Source: Hyphochytrium catenoides (taxonomy: Eukaryota > Protista > Hyphochytriomycota). Taken from it: a stretch of DNA of 41,695 bases. The notes under the pieces were generated by a model, which saw only the letters and a list, made by a program, of their open reading frames with translations, made no database searches and was not told the origin of the DNA. The translations under genes were made by a program, and so were the position numbers. Below, piece after piece: positions 23,701-36,000 of the stretch. The stretch is from the NCBI GenBank assembly GCA_900088475.1, contig FLMG01002640.1, forward strand, positions 1-41,695. Reading direction: 5' to 3'. Each line of letters opens with the position of its first letter. The stretch's first letter is position 1.

Positions 23701-23961
23701 TGTTCTGTATTCGCCAAGATTGCCTATTAAGAAGGATCTGTGCGATGAGCAATATTGGAGGATGAGAAAGACAGGAGACGAACGGTAACGACGTATTCCC
23801 TACCCTCCCTGGCTGCAGTCTCTGCCTCAAAGTTCATACCAAACAAGCTTGTCCTCATGGAGCGGAAATGCAGCAGCATCATCAGCCCTATCATGCAGCT
23901 CAACTCTCCGAGTTCTCCAAGAAAAGTAGAAAGTGAGGCTGCGAGAGGGCCGGTTGCGTAA
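20798..23961 (+). CDS. HOP1: Meiotic HORMA-domain protein (HOP1/ASY1/HORMAD-like): HORMA, disordered linker, winged helix, closure motif
   Basis: Spliced exons give 'VAEEFIEAALSHILRKRKLLPERLFKEK', 'EARFITE|AFLPGITGSMRTGTLRKIALQV...VEELTLR|F', 'LQKVKRQVDVLTATLE|DAPRTRYLLMKL' and 'LVVCDLGLVSVEGVRISLSLRSTCD', collinear with the ASY1/HORMAD HORMA domain. They are followed by a wHTH-like 'KAQVIKVIL...YVWKCFDDLWRDGKLEK' and C-terminal 'RKCSSIISPIMQ'. The start codon is uncertain. Confidence 0.8.
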
Positions 23962-24111
23962 AAGCATTTTGACGTCTGATGTGGTACAATGTACACTGCA
24001 ATTCTATTAGTTCCAACATGTTGACAATAGCACAACAGGATGCGGCCCCCCGAGCCGCGGCAGATTCTGAAAGACTAACCATCTCATAGGTGATGTCTAC
24101 GCCTCATAAGT

Positions 24112-27100
24112 CTACTGCCTTTCAACAACGCCGCTCTTTCTTCCATTTATCGCTGCAATATGTCGTCTCTTCCTCTGCAGCGCATCGTTCTCATCATCGT
24201 CGAAGGACAGTACGGGGGCCGAGCGCTTATGGCTATTAACGGCTCTATTGATCAGCGCCAGATCACGGGAGGGACTCTCCCCGAAGGCGTAGAGACCTCG
24301 AGTCCTACAGATGCCAAAGGTCAGGAACAGAGGCGGAAAGGCGAGCATTCGGGGCTCGCGTACGAGATCATAGAATGAATTAGGAGAACCCCTCAACAGA
24401 GTGATAGAGATCGAGGGCACCGGAGACTGGTGGTTGGTATCCATGAAGGGCGGAAGACTGAGAGGCGGCAAATCGAAGATTCATCCCAAGCACATCCTCA
24501 AGTCCTGGGTGTTTGATGTCAAATGCGGACCAGTCTTACCTTGGCGTCATCTTCGTCAGTGGGCTGTCAGTGATGGGCCTCCGCGGAGAAAGGTAGACGT
24601 TAGAAGCTAATACCCGCTGAGGCGACTTGACATGGAGAGGAAGTGGGAGCTGCTGAATCTTTGGCGACATTGGGATCAGCTTCCGTCCGAAAGGACCCGC
24701 AGGGGGAGCGCTGGGATAACAAAGGAGCAAGCAGAGAGAAGTGAGACTTAATGTTACAGTGTGGACGACGATGCCGTCGTTGCTCAGATTGCATGACGCG
24801 GAGAATAGACTGTGGCTATATCGTGTTCCATGAGCAGACAGGGCGTCAGCAAGCCAGAGCCCGATAGTGAAAGTTACCTAGAAGTAGCCGCGACTGCGGC
24901 CGCAGCAGTCTCGTTCGCCGTCTTCACGATGTCCTTCACTATTGTCCCACTGCTTCCAGTTGCTCCGCCCTCCTTGGCTACATTATCTGCAGCTTGCTGC
25001 TGGAGAGCCTGCTGCTGGAACTGCAACAAAAACATCTTCACTTCGGGAATATACACCTATGTAGGTAGAGACAGCCGTCAGTACCAGGAGCCTTCAGTTG
25101 GACGAAGACCTTCAACCTGACGATCAAAAGGGCTTTCTACATGGTCCCAACCTAAAGATAAAGAGGTGGTTCGAAGAGAAAGCAAGCAACTACCAGCACC
25201 CTTCGGATATCCTCTCGTACCTTATTATAGAACTTGACAATGTCTCCTCTGGTGCCGTCATGTAAGATGATGTCTCTGATAACGCTGACTTTGGTCGAGT
25301 GATGGGGCATCTGCTTATACACCTGAAAGAGTCAACCGAGGCACATCGTTGTCGTAAGGTCCAATGGGAACTGCCACCTTTTGCAATAGATAAAGATAAA
25401 GATGGGAGAAAGAAGAGGATGGGCCCGAGGGCAGCCCATCAAACGAGAAGACGCCCAGCTCAGGAACAAGAAGGCCCATAACCCTTATAAACAATGGTGA
25501 TTTTTATTGCACAAACGCACCAACATAAAGACACGGACGAGCTGCAGAATGAGGGAGAAGCGCTTTTACCTCAAGTATCCCCTTGAAGGTAACCTCCGGC
25601 TTCACCTTATTCACTTTAGCAACCCCGTATATTGAGCAAAGAATAATCTGGTCCAGATGCCTGTGTCGAGGCGTTAGAGAAACGTCTGAATAATGATAAC
25701 GAACTTGCCGTAGAGGTAGAGGACTTCCCCGGCGGCGGCTTATCGCCCGCGTGGTAGGGAGCCCCAGCTTACCTGTTCTGGAGCAACTCAATGTGGTCAC
25801 TGAGAATCCACTTCACAGCTGTCCACACTTGGTCATAGAGGTCTCGCCGCAGGTCTAATCCTTTACAAAGCTCGTAAATCCGAGACGCAGACAGAGATAA
25901 AACCTGACAAAGGAGGACAAAGCAAGAGAAAGAGTGAGGGAGTAAGACCGCTATGATGATGAAGGGAAGACAACCTGACGGGGCAAGTCGGATGAGGGAC
26001 CACGCATTTCCATGAAGAGGCGATGTCAAAGAGGAGAAATGGGAGGTGTGGGTTATCGGCCCTCCACGTAGCCTGAGAGAAAGCCTTACCTTGCGGAAAA
26101 AAAGGTCAAGCACAGAAGACTTCTTCTTCGCTGCAGCGCTCGTTGTCGCGTCAGGCCCTTTCTTACTATCTGCTGCTCCGTTCTCCGTCTTCATGATACC
26201 TCCTTTCTTTGTTTTTTCCTGCTCCTCTTTCTCTTTCTCCTTCTCCCGCTGATACTGCTCTCGCAGTATGCTCCATAATGGGGAGTTGGCTGCCCAAGCA
26301 GAGCTCTCAAGAATGATTTCCTCAATCTCATTCATTCTTCTCTTTAGAAGAGAAGGAAGCTTTGGAGCGTGACGAACAAAGCTCTAGGAAGAGGAAAAAT
26401 TACGTTCAGTTTTGGTGTAAAGCTCCATATGAGAAGATGAGGGCAATTTAAGACAGCTGAGGTCTTTGATTGGGAGGAGTGTGGGACTTGAGGAAGGAGA
26501 GAAGGGAGAAATGAAGGGGTTACCTCAATGACCTTTGAAAGGTCAAAGGCCGATATGCTGAACAGCTCTAGGATCTTCGGGAAGCACAGTGTCACCAGAC
26601 TGTTCGACTTGAGAGCAACTTCCACGCTACATGCGAACAAAGCTGAAAAGCAGAGAGTACGAAAGTGAAAACGAGTTCCAATTTTTTGACAGCCTAGACC
26701 AGAAAGCGACGGACTCTTTCACTTCGCGAGACAGTATTTCGCGAGACAATTGAGTCAAAGTAACATCTCCTCTCTCTATTGTCTTACCTCGATGGAAGAC
26801 CTCATTATGAAGCAAATTGCCAAAGTCTTTCGTCTTAAGCCTCTCTTCCTCCCGGGACAGCATCTCCTCCAGTACACGGTAGTATAGGCGAACGGCCAGG
26901 ACACGAGTCTTTGTAATCCCACTGGCAGCCTCACTTTGGAGTTTTCCTCTTTCACCAGTTCTTTCGGTTCCTCTATCCACTACCTCTGTGGCAGATGAGA
27001 AGTCTAGCCCTTTCACGCTGCTAGGCTTTCTCCACGATGAGGAGGACGAGGCGTGAGAAAGAGTTATCTTCTCCGCCATCTTCTGTAACCTTTCTTCTAT

Positions 27101-29783
27101 AGCCTCAGACGGATTAGGGCCCGAGCAGGAAGAGAAGAATTCTGTTAATCGTAGGCTGGGACCCTGAAAGTCTTCCTCCAAAAGGTTTCTCATCCATTTG
27201 TTAGCCTCCATCGCTGCACTGACTGGAGTCTGAAGCAAAGACGGAGACCTCAAGAGGGATAGTGAAGAAAGAAAGGGGGTAGAGAACGGCCAAAGTCAAG
27301 AGACGGCATCGTCTTAGTATTCATGCTCAGAAAAAGCTAGCTTTGATCGCCCTTGTTCCTCCTCCACGATAGCTTTCTCCTTACCTTGGACTTGCTCCCA
27401 GTCTTTGTGGCGTGTGGAAAGGTTTGCTAGGAGAGCGTGGCGGGAAAGGGGATCGTGGAGGGACTTTTCCCTGCCAGTTCCAGGAGTGCTCAGGGAATCT
27501 CTTCTGTGGAGATTGTGGACTTCCATCTCCCTAACATAAAAAAGACAAGTTCATAAAGTTAGGTGAAGGCAATACCAAATGAGAGCTGCTTCTTCTCTCT
27601 CTCCCATTTCCCTTTCAGAAACGTACCTCCTGAAAGAGCTTTCTACTGGCACTCTTAGGTGTTGGAGGGAAGGGTCTGGCGGAGGAAGAGAGCTTTGAAG
27701 GTGTGCCGATGTTGCGGGCCAGGTCTCTGTTCATAAAGAACCTCTCATCGATAACGTTGATTTTATGGAGGAATGCTAGCTCATAGTGAGAGTACAAGCG
27801 AGACATGTCTTCCGTAAGAAACATGAAAGGCGAAGAGGTGGAAGACGCCTGGCTACTTTCTGAGACCCCCAATAGATGGAGGACCCTTTGTGCCTCCCGA
27901 TCGAAGGAAGAGTCTTCCTTTTCGCCCTCTCCCTCTTCTTGACCGAGAGAGAGAGGATCTGGACTCTTCAAAATACCTTGCTCTCTGAGTACTGCAATGG
28001 CTTTCAACACAACTAATAACCCCTGCTGGATCTAGGGACAAAGAGGACAGGAACCAAGTATTATTAAGGGACAAAGAGAACCAGGCGCGAGAGACAGATG
28101 ACGTGCTAGGGACAGATAGACAGAGAAAGGCAAGAGAGAGAGATATGAAAACCTAGAAAGTAGAGACAAAACTCTTAATCTAGAATATAGAGACAAAACG
28201 ATCTTAGAAGTAGGCGAGATATAGGACAAGTGATGGCAAGGGATACCTCAGTCTCTGAGAGCTTCGTCTCCTTGCATAAAAGCTCCATGTGTGACATCTT
28301 TCGCTCTCCTTCTCGTCCCCTTTTCTGCGTGTCTGCTGTGCCTCGTTGGGGAGATCCCATCGCGGTCAAGGCAGCAGCTACATCGATCTCAATAGGAGGT
28401 GGGTCAGAGGAAGACGAGCGAGAAGCAGGAGGGAGATAGAGAAGGGCATAGCACATAGAGCCAACCAGCACCCGGTAGCTACTGGGAATGTTGGGCTCCA
28501 CCTGCAAGCGTGGAATGAGATGCAAAGCCACAGAGAAAAGCTGTTAGCCTTAGAGCCATGAAGAACAAGAGTTACAGGAAGACACAGAGAGCTCGAGCCC
28601 AAGGATAGAAGTGCCTATATCTATGACAAAGTGGGAGGCAGGTCTAATTATAAGAAGTCGCAGACCTGTGAGATATTCTTTGATGTGACGAAGAGAAGCC
28701 AGCCGAAGTCAAAGAGTCGATCAATCAGCGATCGGTCTGAGGCAGAAGAAGGATCTCCACGGACTGTCCGACATTTGATCCATAGTTTCTGGTGACAAGA
28801 GAAAAGGACAAGATGAGATGCTGGGAATAATGACGGGCGAGAGATGCGAACGTACACATTAGCGAAGCGAAGCGAGGGCGCGGGAGGAACAAGAGACTAT
28901 GGCAGCGGTTGTAGAAGCAAAAGAGAGGCGTAAAGGCCGAAAAAGAAGAGAGCTCGACGTCGGCAAGAAACTGATCAAAGTGGCATCTCACCTGGTACTT
29001 CTTATACAGTAGACTTGCAGAGATAAAATTCTCCTTCATGTGCAAGGTAGAGTCCTTCACTGTCGGGCCGAGCGGTAACTTCTCCTGCAGCAGCGCGAGG
29101 TGCTCGAAGAATTGAACCATCGAGACACTTGTGGCACCAAGCAGCTGCGCTAGCTTCAAACCATTGCCTAGCGTCTCCTGAGAAGAATAAGGACGAGGAA
29201 GAGATGAGGGAAAACATAGTTCGTCAGAGTAGGACACATCGACTGACATAGAGGGCGACATAATAGGAAACGAAGGGGAAGAGGTTGGAAGGAAGAGGAC
29301 AGCGCCTTGCTTTTTCCCTTCTCTAACAATGGCAAGAGAAGGTTCCCTTAACTCTCCGATCTTTCTGTTCTGAGCCCCATCTCTTGTTCGGTCTACCGTA
29401 TCTCCTACCCTTACTTTCTCTCTCCCTAACTGCAAACCCAGCGTATCCTTTCTTCCTTCCCTTTTCCTATCCCAGCTTCCCTATGAAGATCATTCTTCAA
29501 GCTCAAGTAACTCACGACTATGCTCAAAATCTTCATTTCCACCTATTCCTCTCATTTGATCCTTCTTCTCTCTTACCTTTCCCTCTTCCGCGCCGTAGAT
29601 CTGTCTCACACTCGCTAGAAAGAGAGCGCAAGCGACCCAGACCAGTTCTGATGTGTTTTCTTCTGGATGGAGCCTGAGCGCAATGATCGTTCTCCATAGC
29701 TCCAACCCTTGCTGTGCTGTTTGCTCATCCAAGTTCAGTTTCCCATAGCAGATCTCGGTGAACACTTTCTCTTGTGCCACCAT
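24112..29783 (-). CDS. RBR: Retinoblastoma-related pocket protein (RB-N, RB-A, RB-B, RB-C)
   Basis: Motifs 'WVACALF', 'FGWLLFV', 'TPVSAAMEANKW', 'LYYRVLEEML...EEERL', 'FHR|SMFACSVE', 'AFDLSKVIE|SFVRH', 'IEEIILESSAW', 'LFFRK', 'NR|HLDQIILCSIYGVAKV', 'DIVKFYNK|VYIP', 'NVYLSP' and 'MTPR|TRGLYAFGESP'. Many S/T-P CDK-type sites. Confidence 0.97.
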
Positions 29784-30169
29784 CTCTCTCTTTCCACAAA
29801 GGTCTGCGACTCCGTCTCTCTCCCTCTCTCTGTCTCTCCGTCTCTCTTGGTAGCAGGAGTAGATGGGCCTTCCTCTTGTCACACGTCTTCTCGCTCAATA
29901 AGTTTTCTCTACTTCTGCCCCTCAGATGACAAAGATGCTGAAGCTTTGAGAAGGGAAGGAGTCACCTTATCCTTCGCAAGGCAGACGCAGAGGCAGAACG
30001 CTAAGAGGATAGTAGTGTGACAGATGGCGGGGGCGTGAGGAGACCGTCAAGGATGTTCTGTCCTTTGCTTCAACGCCTTTCCTCTATTCTGAACTTCAAG
30101 AACAACATGGAAGCAGACACCTTGAGTCTCTATCAACCTGGTGCACTGTAACAGAAAGCTGATGGGTCT

Positions 30170-30229
30170 CCCTCCCCCTCTCTCCCCTCCCCCTTTCTCT
30201 CTCTCACCCTGTGTCTCTGTCCCTGTCTC

Positions 30230-30278
<49 letters not shown>

Positions 30279-30292
30279 GTCTTCCCTTCTCT
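30170..30292. repeat. (CT)n-rich microsatellite upstream of RBR
   Basis: Interrupted CT dinucleotide tract. Confidence 0.95.
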
Positions 30293-30462
30293 CGAAGGTT
30301 CCCATGGTCAAAACCAAAAAGTCAGGAAGAGGAAGCGCGCCAGATGGTGAGGTAGCCGTTGAGATGCCGAGGTGTGGTAATACCATCACCGCGACAATTA
30401 TCGATAGTTTAGCCTCTGATCTCCATAATAATATTCAAGAGTTCTACATGTCAAACGGCTAG

Positions 30463-30476
30463 TTTGCGCGGGAAAA
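30463..30476. promoter_or_regulatory. Overlapping/inverted E2F-like site upstream of RBR
   Basis: TTTGCGCGGGAAAA contains TTTGCGCG on + and TTTCCCGC on -, about 0.7 kb upstream of the RBR ATG. Confidence 0.55.
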
Positions 30477-31050
30477 GTGGAGTGTGAGCCACCTTCCGCT
30501 TTCTTGTAGTTTAGACTAATACGTTAAAGCTTTGTATTGAGTACTTACTTTACAACTATATTGCTAACCTAAGGGAACCGCTTTATCGGAGTACGATGGG
30601 TAGAGCTGCTTCTCTTTTGGAAGCTGAGCCTTTCGTTCGATCGTCTGCATATCTTTCTTAGGAGTGCACTTGAAGAGTTACCCTCCTCCCTCTCTTTCTC
30701 TCTCTCTCTCTCTCTGTACCTCTCAAGACTCCTCTCTTACGTGCCAAGCTGTCTCATGCCCTTCCTCTCCTCTTTCGCATGCCTCTAGTCATTGGTAGGC
30801 ATCATCACCGTGAGTGATTGTGCCGTTGCCGTGCAGAGCGCCAGTCCCAAAGGACTTGCATTGCCTGCGGCACCTGGGAGGTTCTTTGGCGGGCAACCAG
30901 GGTCAACGAGTGTCTAAGGGCGAAGGCGCTTGAGCCAACCAGACCCTCCTGATAGTGCCTTGTGTTTCTCTGGCTCTTAGGTGCTGCTGTTTAAGTTGGA
31001 CCGTTCATGGCTCGCTTACATCCGCGACTTAGCAAGCGATCGGGTCAGGG

Positions 31051-32996
31051 TTAGGAGTCGCTAATAGAAAGAGAGGGTCTTGTCTTGGGTCTTCTGGCAG
31101 GCGGCTGTGGTGCCTGAATCTGCTGGAAATAGACCTCCAGCCGGAAGGTAGAGTCAAAGCGCGTGTGATGGTCATCCTGCAGATGACGTGTGGAACTTGT
31201 AGTGAGTGAATTGAGTAAAACCTTATAGGGAAGCGGAGCGGAGCCATAGAGAGGAACAAAAGGCTATTGATCAGGGACAGAAGGAAAGAGAAAGGAGTCT
31301 AATGCCGAGTGCGATGTATGGGACTGAAGGGCCAGCTTCAACGGACATTCAATGGGCAACCAAGAGACGCAATACTGGATAATAACGCACTCAAAAGGGT
31401 CAGCGAAGAAGAGAGAAGGCAAATGTCGTGGTACCAAGCTTGCTCCATCGATCACTGCCTTCTCGAAGCTAAGGAACGAGCTTTGAATGAAGGAAGTGTT
31501 GAACCAGACAGAGAACAACTGTGTGGCAGAACAGAAGAGGGAGGATTTTGCCCTCAGTGCCTTGCTATCCTTTCCTCCCCTCAGGCTCCAGCCCTCTGTC
31601 GCTCTTCCTCACTGGGTCCGTCGCTCTCCTCTTATGGTGTCATTCTCTCTTTCCTAGTCTTCACTCGGTCGCACAATGGGCGGCATTCCTCTGCTTCATA
31701 GTCTCGTACATTCCTGTCCTTCTCCCCCGCTTGTCCTCCTAATGATATGTGCCTTGGGTCTTTCCTTACCTCGACTTCTTCCTTGTCCCTCTGGACACAG
31801 AACATGACCTCGATGTCGCCCAGGAGCTTGATATTCATAGTCGAACAGTCTATGTCCAGGCAATAGTCAAAGGTGTTGACCGACGGTACCTATATGAAAG
31901 CGCAGGAAGGGCCAGAGGAATGCATTAGAGCATTTTTCGAGAAGGTAATGACTAGGACAGGGAGGTCAGCTGTCGACTTAGAAATGCATAACGAAGTGTC
32001 TGAAGAGAGAGAGAGAAAGATTTGAAGCACACCTGCATTTGATCCTTACTAGCGCCCCGATAGCCGAAGATCTCTTCCTTCTGCCACTGTCGAGCTCCTT
32101 CCTTCGACAGACGCATGATTTTGAAGAAGAGCTGATGGTCTCCTTCCTAACAAGAGGAACAAATTATTAGCTTTACATTCTTCCTTTCAGACGCCAAAGC
32201 TCATTTCTCCAGTCACTCTCGGTTCCGGTCACAACTTTGCTACTGACACTCCTATTTGGCCTCTCTTTCCTGTTGTTTTACCTTCTGCCTGTTTGTCTCT
32301 CTCTCTCTGCAAGGACACACAGACACAGTCTCTCGTTGCTCTATCCTCTCCTCACCATCCCAATTGCCTTTGCCGGGCTTATCTCTCTCCAAAGCCGTCT
32401 TATGACTTGCCTTCTCACTCTTCAGTGCGAGAGGGATCGTGACGATACGAATATGAGTCAGCTGATAGGCTCGCACAGCTAGTTGGCAAGCTTTCTCCCT
32501 CCGGTGGTGATAGTAGTGGACGTACCGCATCTGACTAGACGACATCTACTGAGTTGGCGCATGTCTCTTTCTTTCTGGCGCGAGAAGCACGTCTCAATCA
32601 CATCTCTCTCTCTCTCTCTCTCTCTTCATATTTCTCCGTACGATGGCTTGCGAGCACTTTCGGTTGACTGCTGTCCCGCTCTCTCTCTATAAGACCTAAA
32701 CATGAACACCATTCCCTGTGGTCCAGATCACTGTGCTGCCATCCGTCTCCCCTCCTTTCTCTTCAATCACTAATTCTCTCTCTTACTACACGATGTTCCC
32801 GTGATTCTCTCCTATCCTTCACCTGGGTTCCATGAGTCCAATGTTATGGCCTGCAGAGAAAGCTCCAAAGAGCTTAAGTGCCTCGTCGGCCTCTTTCACA
32901 ATGCCGGCGTCCAACAGGTAAGCAGATATCATAAGAGCCGCGATACCCTGGGAGAGGAAGCGAGTGTCACGGCGGTAACAGATGGGTAGGTCACAC

Positions 32997-33042
<46 letters not shown>

Positions 33043-34450
33043 AGAGAGAGAGATGCAGAGAGAGAGAGAGACACACACACAGAGAGAGAGAGAGAAAGGA
33101 GAGCAAGTGGGAAGATAGAGGAAGACGACCGAGAAAAAAACAGGAGGACCTCCTTCGCCCACCTGACCACCGTGGCCGCCAAGCACAGCAATAAGATTCT
33201 CATTGTCCTCCTTGAGAAAGTCGCTCACACTTTGAGAGAAGTCTGCCAACATCTCCAAGGCGCTGACCTTGGAAGCTGTCACGGGGAAGCTTTCAGTCTG
33301 AAAGCGTATTGAGGAGAGAGAAGAAGAGGGAAGTGGAGCAGAGAAGGAGAGAGAAGTGGAGAAAGGAACGGTAGGAGAAGAAAGAGAAAGAGAAGAGAGA
33401 TCCCATTCGCTGCTGATGTTATAGAACTTGATGCGGTCGGCATACTTGGCGACCAAGGTCTGGCTAGAGGCAGCGAAAGAAAGAGTGAAAGTGATAAATG
33501 AAAAGAGAGACTGAGAGTATAGAAGCACAGGCCGACTCGGAACAATGCGAAGAACAGATAGGAGGAGAGGAGAAGCAAGAGTCAGCAGTCTTTAGGGGAT
33601 AGAGTAGAAGAGACGGATAAAGGCAGGAGAGAAAGTAAACGAGAGAAGGTAAGAGAAGTGAGAGAGGAAAGGTAGAGAAAGAAAGACAAAAGTGAAAGAA
33701 AGTGCGACTAGCGAGGCGAAGAAGGCGAGAAAGAGAAAGAATAGTATCTTGTGCACAGAGCAAAATAAAAAGCAGAGAGAGTTGGAGAGAGAAAGAGGGA
33801 GAGAGGCAGAGTCTGAGAGGGGAAGAGGGAGAGAGGCAGCGGCTAAGACAGGGAGAGAAAGCCAGGGGCACAAGGGGAGAGAGAGAGGCAGAGGCATCGA
33901 GGGGGAGAGAGAGCCAGAGGCACCGAGAGAGAGAGAGCCAGAGGCACCGCGAGAGAGTTAAAGTCTCTAACCCCTTGCCTTTGCTTACCAGACTTCAGTG
34001 ACATGCGGTGATCCCGACACTAAAATCCTAGGAGTGACGTAGGTCAGGCAGAGATCAAGCTTGTGACCCGCTCCGCCATCTCCGGCAAAACTCTTCTTCC
34101 CAAGAGAAAGAGAAAGCAGAGAGCGGGTCATGTCCTCTTTTACAAAGTCAATAGAGCGTCTCAGGGAGAAGGATGCCCCATAAAGAGCTACACAATGAGC
34201 CCGCCGGTGAGAGACAGAAGAGCCGGCGAGAGGGAGTGAGAGATAAAGAGCAGAGCAGGAGATGAGGGACACGGAGACAACAACGGAGAGAGAGCCAACA
34301 CAATGCGAAGCGAAGGTTCGACTCTGATTGAAGGATTTTTCTGTATAACTTCCCTCACGCCAACAATCCTCTACTAGAGAGGTCAGGTGGGGCAACGCCT
34401 TTCACCCGGTGCGCTTTCTGCTCTCTTACTCTATTCCCTACCACCTTCAT
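31051..34450 (-). CDS. PTEN/tensin-type phosphatase plus C2 domain protein; predicted pseudophosphatase
   Basis: Phosphatase region: 'LDLCLTYVTPRILVSGSP', 'KFYNIS', 'FLKEDNENLIAV', 'LMISAYLL...ADEALKLFG', 'SSQMRYVHYY'. C2 region: 'LLGDIEVMF', 'LFSVWFNTSFI', 'IDGA', 'RFDSTFRLEVYF'. Stop TAA at 31051-31053. The first exon (ATG 34450) is less certain. Confidence 0.88.
33001..33096. repeat. (GA)n/(CA)n microsatellite in PTEN-like intron
   Basis: Long GA run with an embedded CA run. Confidence 0.95.
33905..33957. repeat. About 24-bp intronic tandem duplication
   Basis: gagagagagccagaggcaccg occurs twice. Confidence 0.85.
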
Positions 34451-34489
34451 TGTCGTCTGATCGGCTTGTCTTCCTATGGATTGCTCGCT

Positions 34490-34504
34490 CTTTCTCTCCT
34501 CTCC

Positions 34505-34552
<48 letters not shown>

Positions 34553-34611
34553 GAGTCTCCCTCTCTGTCTCTGTCTCTGTTCCTCTCTCCTGTCTCTCTC
34601 TCTCTCTCTCC
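34490..34611. repeat. (CT)n microsatellite between the divergent PTEN-like and ankyrin genes
   Basis: Long CT tract. Confidence 0.95.
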
Positions 34612-34922
34612 CATACACTTCCCTTTTTGACCTTTCACTTCTCTCACACGCACCGAAAAAATCAGCTAAATCTCAACAAGGACAATAACTAGAAAATGAT
34701 AACCTTGGAACGCCACTAATTGATCACTTTCTTGCCTGCGAAAGGTAACGAAGCTATTGACAGAGTTTTCAGAGCTTCCAATCGCTATTTTCTTCCGGAC
34801 AACGAACAGACAGAGACCAGCCACAGCCTCGTCATTATCTTAGAAGTGCTGTCGGGAGTTGCTCTTCACAGTGCCATTCGTACGAGACAGACAAGGCACT
34901 GGCACCTTGTGCTCAGGGCAAG

Positions 34923-35953
34923 ATGTCCGGCTATCAACATATGTCGCCCTCCACCCAGGCGCTGTATGACCTTGTGGAGGGCCCACAAGCTGATGAATCC
35001 AGGCTCCTAGCTATTATCAAAGAAGGCGCAGACGTGAACTGGAGAGACCCCAAACAGGTTTCTCGCGGGACTCTACCGGCTTCTTCTCCTCATATAGCGC
35101 ATTCAATCTTCTCTCTATCGATCAGCCCCCTCTCTTCCTCCCTCATACCTATCTACGCCAGAGTTTATCGTCTACGTATCCCTCTGCGTCTCTCTCACTA
35201 TCTCTGCCTGCGGCTATGCTGGTGATACTCAAAATTCGACTGAGGAGGTCATCTAACTTGTCACAGGATGGCGCTACTCCTCTTCACATCGCTTGCATTC
35301 ATAACAACATCACGGCAGCAAGGGTCCTTCTGGATAACAAGGCGGACATCACAGCTGTGATGACTCCGGTGCGAACGAGCGCTATAGCTAGCTTCTCTTA
35401 GGCAACATTCTATATACAGTTTTCATGGCTTTCATGTTACTCCTCCTCTCTCTCTCTCTGTCTCTCACTCTTTTTCTCTCACTTTCGCTCTTTCTTTCTT
35501 GACATGACTCCTTTTTTGTGTGTCTCTCTGTCTCTCCACGGCCCGGGGACTCTCCCTTTTCCCTTTCCTGTCTCCTTTCTCATCACCTCTTCGGCCTTCT
35601 ATGTCTCTCTTTCTGCTTGTCTGTTTGTCTCTCTGTCTGTCCCTCTCTGTCTATCTGTCTGTCTGTCTCTCTCCTTACGTCTCCTTTGTGTCCCTTCTCT
35701 CCTCAATACGATTGCCATGCTGTTCACTCTAACACTCTCTCGCTCTCTCCTTCGGTCGACTTAGAATCTGAACACTCCTCTCCATATCGCCTCACACCAC
35801 GGTTGGACGAAGCTAGCTCAGATGCTTGTGGAGCGAGGGAAGAATGTGAAGGTTCAGGGCGTGGATCAGCACCCCTTCAACATCCTAGAAGCGAAGAATC
35901 AGGTACTCATGCATGGTCTCTGCCTCGGTGCTCTCTCGTTCTGTCCCTTTCTC

Positions 35954-36000
<47 letters not shown>

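Noticed and set aside
33298-33410. Apparent Ser-rich insertion or non-canonical donor in the PTEN-like domain
   Set aside because: A normal GT donor (CCTACC|gttcct) gives spacing that matches PTEN. It is a pyrimidine-rich intron.
6177-34450. A functional 'PTEN-Akt-RB pathway cluster'
   Set aside because: The kinase has no PH domain, the PTEN-like protein is catalytically dead, unrelated genes intervene, and eukaryotic adjacency alone is not evidence.
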